From positions 10,664,001 to 10,728,000 of the forward strand of contig CM022671.1 of assembly GCA_012295275.1 (NCBI GenBank): DNA of 64,000 nucleotides, in the 5' to 3' direction. The notes under the pieces were generated by a model. The model was not told where the DNA came from. It did no database searches and saw only the letters and a list, made by a program, of their open reading frames with translations. Origin of the DNA: Chrysomallon squamiferum. Lineage: Eukaryota; Animalia; Mollusca. Position 1 is the stretch's first letter. Each line of letters opens with the position of its first letter. A program made the position numbers and the translations under genes. Positions 53,201 through 64,000 of this stretch are shown here, in pieces.

Positions 53201-56200
53201 TGTCTGCCCTACAGGAACAATAACGTCATTCCAGTTATGTATCGGTCAGTCACTATTCCTGCCCAGATCATCAAAGAATTAAAATATTTAAGTTTACATT
53301 ACATAACAGTGCAATAAACAGTTTTTTTAATTTTATTATTGTTTCTTTTTTCTTATTATTTTTTATCTAGTGCTTCTTAGATACCTCTTGTATGAATGCA
53401 CAAATGAAATTAACTAGCAAGAAATATGAATCTATGATTTTGATAGTAGAATTTGATATCAAAATTGAAATTTTAGTAGACATTTTCAAATAAGAACCAG
53501 AATTATCAGTAAGTATGACACACATCAATCAGCAGACAGGAGGGTGGAAACAATCACAATCTAAAATGGATGTTTCAAAAGGTCAGCAAAACACGATAGT
53601 CAAGCATCAGAATTATCAGGGATTAGACTACATTCACAGGACTGTTTTATCTAGGGTGGTTACACCATTTATGGGGCACAGCTTTAATGAAATGTGCTTA
53701 TTTCAAGCAACCAACTCAGCTTTCGTTCAACTGTTTTCTTATATAATAGTTTTATCTGTTGAATTTTATAGATCTGATTAGAAACTTCTGAATTTATAAA
53801 TATAGTATAACAAAATGCAACATTGCTTAAAAATATCAAAAAGTGTGCATGAGTCTGATCTCATCAATGATTGTTAAAAGAAACCGAGACTATTCTTGGT
53901 TTGTGTTGAATGGCCAAACGTAGAATACATTAAAATAAATCTAACAGTACTTAGTATTTCATCACTGTACATAATTTAAATAATGTCAAGTTTGTTGATC
54001 TTTTAAAAAAAAAACTAATATTATTTCCTTTCGTTTAATTTAATCTACATATTGTAATTGAGAATTTCAAAAAAGTAAAATTTATGCCAGATGTACTTAT
54101 TACTAGTAATTAACATTACTTCAGTTCAGATACTTTACTACAGTAACCAACAATTTAAACTTAATACAAAGATCTTTCTTTCCATCTTGTGAGCATTTTT
54201 TCATGTTTAATTCTTTATTATATATAAATTTTAAAGCTCCCAAATAACTATCTATCTGCTATTCAATTGCTTTTAGTATTTAGTGTTATTACTTTTTATT
54301 TTTCTTTGTTTTGTTTTTCACTGATGACTGTTTATGTGTTGGTTTACACGAATTGTTAGTGAACTCCAAACCCTTACTGAAAATATAAATCTAACTCGGA
54401 TGTATTTATTTCTACTAACTTCACTTCTATTCACTTGCTAGATTATAGAAACCAGAACTTGAATACCATAAAGTTTAAATCAGAACTTATTTTTATTCAG
54501 TAACCTAACTTCTTTTCACTTATATTACAACCATTATCAGTAATTATTATTTTATATAATAAATCTGCTGATCTGTCTCCTGCCCAGATTGTCTGAGAAT
54601 TAAAATGTTTTAACTGTTAGTTCACATTATATTAAATATACTTTTATTGTTTACTAAATGCTTATTAAATATCTGTTCCCTGAGGACTGAAATTATTTAG
54701 AAACTATTACAACCATTACCAGTAACAGTTTACCCAGAATTTAACCTCTTCACTACCAAGTGTTTATCTAATGCAAACATATGTTAGAAGTAGATGATAT
54801 CCAGTATAGGACTGATGACAATGAGGAAATTCACTGGAATTTGTACAGTGACAACTAATCTGTCAGTGTTTGTACATGGGAAGTCAAACCTGACCAGTAT
54901 AGCAGATACTGCAGCTACTCAAGAGATTAAATACTATCGTCTGCTAATACCTATCCTAAATAATTTTGAATTGCTTTAAACAAATGAATAGGATATCTAA
55001 ATCTGTATTTATTTCTAAGGCTGGAAAACATTCCTTTTCTTTGATTTTGCTTTACACAGAATCAGTAATTTCTACTCAATGATTTTTTTTTATTATTATT
55101 ATTTTTTTTACAAATAATCCATTTAAAACCTCAATCTTATATTACTTTTCTTTGTTTTCTTCTGTATTCATCATTTTAAATTTTTGGAAAATTCCCCTTA
55201 CATTTTTCTACAGTGCAAAATGCCTAGATTTGTTTCATCGATTCATTGAATTTATTGTCATTCTTATTGTCATAATGTTTACATAAACAACTCATCAACT
55301 AAAAACTTTTTAATGCATGTTCTGTATTATATTTTATAAAACTAAATTAACATTAATATTTAATACTTTATTCTTTTACTTATAGATATTATATAGATTT
55401 TCCATAAAGTAGCTACTATTAGTTCTTTTCTTTTCGTTTCTTTTCTTTTCTTTATTTCTTAGAAAAAAAGAAAGAGAAAAAAGCATTCATTCATTCATTT
55501 CAGTATACTATAAACAGAAATGGTTTCTAAATCAGTATATTTATATCAATATTTTATCATATATAAAATCATTAAAACAATATTTAAGGTATTCTCTTTT
55601 AAACACATTATTTTAGTTATAATAACTAAGGCAGCTACTTAATTAAATAATAAAAACATTAAATTGAAATCTCATACTTGTTAGTTATTAGAAATAGCCA
55701 CAGCAATGTTTTATATTTGAAATAATGTCATCTAGCTTGAAATTCATGTTTTACTATAATTACTTTAAAAAATGTTACTGCATGAAATATAGAATAATTA
55801 CTGATATATATCCTTAAGTATTTAAACCATGAACAATAAAAAAAATTCGAATTCTAATAATAATACTAATAATAATACTAATAATATATCTTTGAAAAGT
55901 AAACATGACATTAAAATTTACTATTTTGTAAAAAGTTTAATTTTAATTTTAAATGCAATATTTATAAGTATTCTAGCTAATATTAAGTAAATGATAATAT
56001 GATGAAAAAAGTAATTATATCACCATAGAATATAAATGTTATACCTGTCAGGGATTAGAAATAAGCACATCAGACAAAGTTGTAAATTTTAATGTTAATT
56101 TATTTTCTTGTTTGAAACAAAGAGATTTTTAAACTGACAATGATTTCCCTTTTCATTTGTAACTTTTTTTGTATTGCTGCTTTAAATAATAATGATAAGA

Positions 56201-57456
56201 ATGAAACTTTAAAATATATTGAAAATGTAACTAAATTACCCCATATTAAATAAAGTATATATATATAATTTTTTAAGGTTTACTTTCTGTTTTAATATGT
56301 AATGACTTAAAGGGATATGTAGACTATAATCCCCAACTGTTTTGGTATTACAGCACACTTGGCTGGTCAACCAGCATATTGACGCATGACAGTTCAAAAC
56401 TTATAATGTTTGTTTTCTTACAAATGAAAATATAATGAGCATACTGCACTTTCTCAAGATTTTATTGATAAATTTAAACAAAACGTATCACTGTTATGCT
56501 CCCCATTGGTGGAAGTGTCATATTTACACACTAGGCATATCAGATTATGGATGTAACCCTTCTATCTGTTTATCAATTAGTGCAGCATAGCAAGTGTTTG
56601 ATAAGTAAAATGTTTATGTGATAAATTTAATGTTTTGAAGACACCTATCATTCTGAATCTAAATCGATAAATTGAAATGAAATGAGAAGTGAAAGCTCTC
56701 CAATGATCTGTCTGCCCCACAGGAGTAATGAATGTATTCCAGATTATTCACTGGTCATTCACTGCTACTGCACAGACCATCACAGAGTAGAAAGACTTGT
56801 GCTGTTAGGCAAGAGAAATAGACAAAAGATTTTTCAAAGTTATTATTATTAAATCTCTGATGATCTGTCTGCCCTACAGGAAAAATGACACCATTCCAGT
56901 TATCTACTGGTCAGTCACTATTCCTGACCAGATCATCAAAGAATTAAATATTTTAAGTTTACATTACATTAGAGTGCATTAAACAGTTTTTGTTTTAAAT
57001 TTTATTATTATTCCTTTTGTTTTTCTTTATCTAGTGCTTCTTAAATACCTCTTGCATGGATGTTTAAGCGAAATTAACTACCAAGAAATATAAAGCTATA
57101 ATTTTAATTGTACAATTTGTTAACTTACTGAAATTTTAGTAGACATTTTCAAATAACTGGAATTATCAGTAAATATGACACTCATCAATGAACAGACAGG
57201 AGGGTGGAGACAATCCCTATCTAAAATGGATGTCAGCAAACAGGATAGTCATGCGTCAGAATATCAGGAATGAGACTGCATTACCAGGACTGTTTCTGCC
57301 TAGGATGGATTATCAACTACAGGGCACAGTTTGGGCAATGGTATTGGAATGCCTTAAACCTGCTGAAAATATGGACACCACCCATCTAGTGTTGTTGATT
57401 TTTTCTAAACAATTTTTAGTTTTCATTTTTTGTTTTAAGCAATGATTATAGAAATG

Positions 57457-57495
<39 letters not shown>

Positions 57496-57689
57496 AAAAA
57501 AAAAAAAAAAACATGATATGAAAAACATAAATTCCCCACTATGCTTTTATGACTGTAAAGTTTCCCATGAAGTTATATCAATAAGTTTCAAAGTGTTTAT
57601 TTATTTCACATTTCGTTTATCTCTGTACCTGTATTACATCTATTCAGCTGTTTATTTCAGCTACCAATGTAAGAGTTTAAATAACAGAA

Positions 57690-58539
57690 CATTTAAATCA
57701 GATGTGCTTATTTCTAATAACTAACTCAATTTATATTCAGTAGTTTTACTATAATTATTACTATTAACCATCAACTTCAATATTAAATACAAGGAAAAGA
57801 AAAGAAGTAAAAATAGATGCATTTGTTCCACAATATCCTAGACTGTTCAGTGGAAGCATTTTCAATAGATTTCCAAAACTAACATTTAAATGATGCAATG
57901 GTTAGTAAGCTTTTTTTGAAGAAACTAATGCTATTTCTTTTCATTTATTTTCATAAATATCTGAGAATATCAAAATGGTAAAATTTATATCAGATGTGCA
58001 TGTTTCTTTTAACTAACATTACTTCTGTTCAGTTATTTTATTAAACCAACAACTGAATGAAATCTGAACAAAAATGTACTTGTTTCTAACACTATCCATC
58101 ATGCCTATGTGTTTAAATTTTAAAAATTATTTATATATTTATTTATTCATTTGTTTATTTATTTATATTTATTTATTTATTTATTTATTTTATTTTTATT
58201 TATTTATTTATATTTATTTATTTATTTATTTATTATATAATGTATCTAAATAAACAAGCTGTCTTCTCTTTCGCTGCTTATTTATGATTTCTATCACAAA
58301 AACTAACTGTCTGTGATTTTATATAATACACTTTAAATCAAATGTGCTTATTTCCAGTAACCAGCCCAACTTCTATTCTACTCTGCTGTTATATAAGAAT
58401 TTTAGTACAATTTATATCAGGTGTACTTATTTTTTTTTACTAACATTACCTCTGTCCAGTTATTTTATTAAAGTATCCAAATGTATTTGTTTCTAACAAT
58501 ATCCATGATGCTTATGTGTTTAAATTTTTAAATTCTGAT

Positions 58540-58590
<51 letters not shown>

Positions 58591-60440
58591 TTATAATACT
58601 TCTAAATATACAAGCTGTCTTCTGTTTAGTTGTTTATTTTGGACTAATATCAAAAGAGCGATCTCTGAGTTTATATAATCCTCAGTTTAAATCAGATGTG
58701 CTTATTTCCAGTAATCTGATCAACTTCTATTCAACTGTTTAATTATATAATAATTTTAATAAAATTTATGCCAGCTATAAAAATAATTCTAACAGTACTT
58801 AGCATTTCATCACTGTACACAATTTAAATAATGTAATGTCTGGTGAGCTTCTTTAAAGAAACTAATGTTTTTTCTTTTTATTTTTTTTTTTTTTTTGTCC
58901 AAATGTTATAAATATCCACCCATTAAGAATATCAAACTGGTTAAATTTATATCAGGTGTACTTATTTCTTTTAACTAACATTACCTCAGTCCAGTTAGTT
59001 TATTAAAGTATCCAACAACTGAATTCAGTCAACTAAAATGTATTTGTTTCTAACACTATCCATCATGTATATGTGTTTAAATTTTAAATTTTATTTAAAT
59101 ATTTATTTATTTATTTGTTTATTTATTTATATTTATTTATTTATTTATTATATAATGTATCTAAATAAACAAGCTGTCTTTTCTTTGGCTGCTTATTTAT
59201 GATTTCTATCACAAAAAACTGTCTGTGATTTTATATAATACACTTTAAATCAAATGTGCTTATTTCCAGTAACCAGCCCATCTTCTATTCTACTCTGCTG
59301 TTATATAAGAATTTTAGTACAATTTATATCAGGTGTACTTATTTCTTTTAACTAACATTACCTCTGTCCAGTTATTTTATTAAAGTATCCAAATGTATTT
59401 GTTTCTAACAATATCCATCATGCCTATGTGTTTAAATTTTAAACTTTATTTATTTATTTATTTATTATATAATGTATCTAAATAAACAAGCTGTCTTCTC
59501 TTTAGTTGCTTATTTATGAATTCTATGAGAACAGCTGTCTCTGTTTTATATAATACAGTTTAAATCAAATGTGCTTATTTCCAGTAACCAGCCCACTTCT
59601 ATTCTACTCTTTTCTTACATAATTTTAGTCAAATGTATGTTAGGTGTACTTATTTCTAGTAACTAGGATCACCTCTGTTCAGTTGTTTTGTTGGAGTTGC
59701 CAACAACAGAATTATATAATGTTTCTAAATAATCAAGCTGTCTTCTCCTTAGTTGCTTATTTATGATTTCTATCACAACAGCTAACTGTCTCTGATTTTA
59801 TATAATACACTTTAAATCAAATGTGCTTATTTCCAGTAACCAGCCCATCTTCTATTCTACTCTGCTGTTATATAAGAATTTTAGTACAATTTATATCAGG
59901 TGTACTTATTTCTTTTAACTAACATTACCTCTGTCCTGTTATTTTATTAAAGTATCCAAATGTATTTGTTTCTAACAATATCCATCATGCCTATGTGTTT
60001 AAATTTTAAACTTTATTTATTTATTTATTTATTTATTTATTATATAATGTATCTAAATAAACAAGCTGTCTTCTCTTTAGTTGCTTATTTATGAATTCTA
60101 TGAGAACAGCTGTCTCTGTTTTATATAATACAGTTTAAATCAAATGTGCTTATTTCCAGTAACCAGCCCACTTCTATTCTACTCTTTTCTTACATAATTT
60201 TAGTAAAATGTATGTTAGGTGTACTTATTTCTAGTAACTAGGATTGCCTCTGTTCAGTTGTTTTGTTTGAGTTGCTAACAACAGAATTATATAATGTTTC
60301 TAAATAATCAAGCTGTCTTCTCCTTAGTTGCTTATTTATGATTTCTATCACAACAGCTGTCTCTGATTTTATATAATACACAGTTTAAATCAAATGTGCT
60401 TATTTCCAGTAACCAGCCCAACTTCTATTCTACTTTTTTC
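57690..60440 (+). repeat. Satellite with higher-order structure (~315/~250 bp alternating monomers)
   Basis: The anchor caaatgtgcttatttccagtaaccagccca occurs at 58339, 59251, 59566, 59818, 60141 and 60391 (variant at 58693); the last four spacings are 315, 252, 323 and 250. Confidence 0.9.
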
Positions 60441-60897
60441 TACATATATGAGTTTCCCCCGAAATAAAAAGAAAAAGGAAAAAGAAAAGAAAAAATAGGA
60501 CCCAAAAGTACCATGAAAATAAATCTATCCCACCAGTAAAACTGAAATAAACATCAACATGTTTGTACAAGTTATCATTTTGTTATTACATCCATATTTA
60601 AAATGTGTGGACTGTTCCTAATTTAGGTTTCTTCCTCTGGAATATGTTTATTTAAATTAGAAGTGTGAAATCATTGTATTTACTCTGTCAATCAAAACGT
60701 TATCTGACTTGTTTTTAATTGTGCAGAACAACTAGCCTGCTTCACATGATCCCTGCTGTTAAAGTCAAAAGTTTCTCCCCACCACTATACAAATGACAAT
60801 ATTTCAAATAAAAGTATACAAAACCAAATAGTACTAGCACTCTTTAGACTAGACAGACAGGCAGTTCCACGCCAATGTGTATTTGTTATTTTAGATT

Positions 60898-61045
<148 letters not shown>

Positions 61046-61379
61046 GTTTAACACCTACTTTCTACAAGTTACCATGATCAACATATTTATACTGTACATA
61101 TTCAGTACAGCACACAATGTTAGGCAAAAACTTGAAAAAGAACAAAATAATTTGAAATGCTTTGATTGAAGTAAAATAAAATATATAATTTACAAATGCA
61201 AATATTCTTCTTTGTTTAATGGTTACTTTTTTTTTTTTCTACTTGTTTTAACTTATTATTCATTTTCTCTTTTGTTTCTAAAAATGACTAATTTTACAAA
61301 CATCACTAAGAAAGACACTGAATGAATTAATGAGCTGTCCAACAAAATACAGGACACATGATTTTTCTTTAGTAGTTAT

Positions 61380-61700
61380 ATCAGAGAGAAGAAACTCTGT
61401 ACTGCTAGATTAATCAGAGAAAACATATATGACTGAACATGATGAAAACAAGCAGACAAGCTCATGGCACAGGAGTTGAACACAGTACAACCTGTGGATA
61501 TTGCATATGACCACTTAAAACCATAAGAAGGGAAAAGGTTTAGATGAAGGCCAACAAGAGGAATGGAATATGAAGGAATGGACTGGACAAGGACTGGAAA
61601 AGTATTGGCTGGCAGAAGGCAAATTACAAAGATTTTCAAACAATATGCTGAAGCTTTTTTCTGAACAATGGGAGCCTACGTCAGTGCTATGATATTGATG
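61380..61700 (+). mobile_element. Degenerate 3' end of RTE-clade LINE ORF
   Basis: Broken frames give QRKHI*, EGKRFR*RP and NMKEWTG, resembling the RTE C-terminus (RKL.WFGH...EG.R.RGRP..W.DNIKEWTG). Confidence 0.55.
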
Positions 61701-63049
61701 AAACAGCAAGAAATGTTTTAAATGGATCTTTCAGACAGAAAACCATGTATTACAATTTTGGGAACACCTCTAGATGACCCCTTGTTGTAAATGGAAATAC
61801 TCTGTTGCTTTCAAAAGAAAACTGATCTTAACACAATTTTGAGCTTGACTCATTAAATACAACAACTGTGACAGGAAAACAGTAATGTTCAGATACATGT
61901 TATTTATCTTTTGAAATTATAGCTAATTTACAGTGAAAGAGGAATTAAAAAACCTCATTTTAACATTAACAGTTGGCTAGTTTTGTCACACAGCAGACAG
62001 GATTGTTTCATAATAACTCTTTACAACAAGAGCAAAGAACAAACCATGGCCTTTGATGAAACAAACAAGGGTCACTGGCTGGAATGGGGAAATACCAAAT
62101 GTTTATACCCATGTGCAAGAAGCAGCAAAGGATAAATATCTATTAGTTCTAATAAAATATAAAAATGATGAAATCAAATAAGAGGAAATCAGAAAATAGT
62201 TTCAGTCTTGGGGCAAAATAACCCTAGAAAAAGCATCTGTTTTCCTTGCTACATGTCAAATTTTCTACTTCTTAATTCTAGCAATCAAGAAGAAAGAGAC
62301 AAAATGTTCTCAAAGAAAACTGAAGCAGTTTAACTTAATACTCTAAAGTTGTTGTTTTCTGAATGAAAACAAACCAACCTCATTTTTTTCATAAAGATTC
62401 ACTTATATTCTTTAAGATGTTTTTCAATATTGTTTCTATTGAAAAAGAGATCTTATCTTAGTATCATCTTGATGTCTAATGTAATGTCATTGTAATTTTT
62501 TTATAAATGCAATACATGTGTGCGTTTTGTGTGTTTGTTTTTTTTTAAGTGTTACATTTTCTTTTCATGATAATTTTAAAAAGTAAAAAAAAAGTAAAAG
62601 TAAATTTACACTACAAGGATTCTGTAAAAGAAATATTGGGAACAACAGAAGTTTTCTCCATTACTGGTTGTCACTTTTACTTGAATGTGCTTATGATACA
62701 TAAGTGGATACTAATGTAACATTTTATGTGTTCATACAAATGTATAACACTTTAAAGACACTTTTACCTGAGATATTACAGATAATCTTAATGTAAACAT
62801 GGAAGTGTGGAAAAAAATACCACATTGAAATAATTTTTGAAAAGAAAAATTAAAATATGCCACTACTGATTTAACTACTTTTTTTTTTTTTTTTCAAAAA
62901 ACAAAAAGACAGCAATAAAATAACACAATACATTTATCTATTGTACTATATGTATATCTTATTTGATACTGATTTTCTTTTCTCTTTCAAAATTGAGGTC
63001 TATTAATCTTATAATGAAACTATAATTTTAAATATACATATAGTAATTC

Positions 63050-63206
63050 TAAATAAAATAATAATAATAATAACAGTAATAATAATAATAATAGCTCTAA
63101 TAATAATAGTACTAGTAGTAGTAGTAAATAAATAAATAAATTAAACTAAAATATTTTTAAATTCATAACAGTAAAAATAAAAAAAAAAAAAATAAAAATT
63201 AAATAA

Positions 63207-63270
<64 letters not shown>

Positions 63271-63610
63271 GTAGTAGTAAAAAAAAAATAAATAAATTAA
63301 AATAAAAAAAATTTTAAAATCAAAAAAAAGAAAAAAATTATAAATTTAAATTTAATAAAAATAATAATAATAATAATAAAAAAAAATAAATAAATAAATA
63401 AATAAATAAAAAAAAATAAATAAAAAAAAATTTTAAAAATATGAAATAAAATTAAAGATTTTTAAAATCAATGTCAGAGAAAAAAAAAAAAAAAAAAATA
63501 AATATTAGAATAAAAATTATAAATTTGAAAAAAAAAAAAAAAAAAAAAAAGTAAATACATTTTAAACCAATCAAAGTAAGCAAAAAAAAAAAAAAAATAA
63601 AAAAAAGTAT
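63050..63610 (+). repeat. A-rich low-complexity tract with (AAT)n
   Basis: Seen directly. Confidence 0.9.
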
Positions 63611-64000
63611 TTAGAACTTTTTTAAACACAGCAATAAATGAAACTTCATTTGACTGATGAAAATACTAACATACTTGATACTAGGAATGCTAATTCTAAC
63701 ATTACAATAGCAATGTAGATAAAATACAGCAATTCAGAAATTATCTCGACTTACTAATAACTGTGGCTTGCTCATTATTGCTTTGTTCACTTCCGTTCAA
63801 GCTTCCTTTTATAATGTCTTTTTTTTTCTTCTTTTTTTTCTACTGTTTTCTATCTTTTCTTCCTTATTTTAATTTTTGATGTCCGTATTTTCACCATTTT
63901 CACAAATTTGAAGAAAGTTTCCCTCATAAATTCCTGTAATCAAAAAAATATATGTACATGTTACTATTCATGGTTAAAAAGTTAGCAATAATAAATCAAA

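Larger units (their letters stand above)
29792..57400 (-). repeat. Right arm of giant inverted repeat
   Basis: Starts actgggtggta at 29792, the reverse complement of taccacccagt ending at 26432. It is near-identical to the left arm except for a rearranged block at about 43860-49440. Confidence 0.97.

Noticed and set aside
57188-57445. 85-aa ORF, and related ORFs at 3629 and 53515
   Set aside because: They sit in a duplicated repeat whose copies do not keep the same reading frame.
57690-60440. CRISPR-like regular repeats
   Set aside because: The intervening sequences are themselves repeated rather than unique spacers; the context is eukaryotic and there are no cas genes.
61740-62340. Possible gag-like relic
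   Set aside because: No convincing motif; the frames are broken.

Overview
This is very AT-rich, intron-rich, microsatellite-rich animal DNA (an invertebrate, possibly a mollusc or cephalopod; that is inference). I saw no prokaryotic features, tRNA, rRNA or CRISPR arrays. The window is dominated by a giant inverted duplication: 1..26432 is mirrored at 29792..57400, with the left arm running off the window edge and a unique 3.36 kb spacer (26433..29791). A 10-exon CDC14 phosphatase gene on + (20415..29803) runs from the left arm through the spacer. It is cut inside exon 10, just after the catalytic HCKAGLGRTG motif, at the fold-back junction. The right arm carries an inverted copy of only exons 1-7, so two CDC14 promoters face each other. 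The spacer also holds a second, diverged copy of CDC14 exon 8 (28397..28484) that begins with TGA. Each arm carries a C-type-lectin + F5/8-type-C-like gene fragment, with a nonsense codon in the left copy only. Also present are RTE LINE and MULE remnants, a TIR-bearing MITE found intact only in the right arm, and a higher-order satellite at about 57.7-60.4 kb. The sequence alone cannot decide whether the palindrome is genuine or a haplotype/chimeric-read misjoin.
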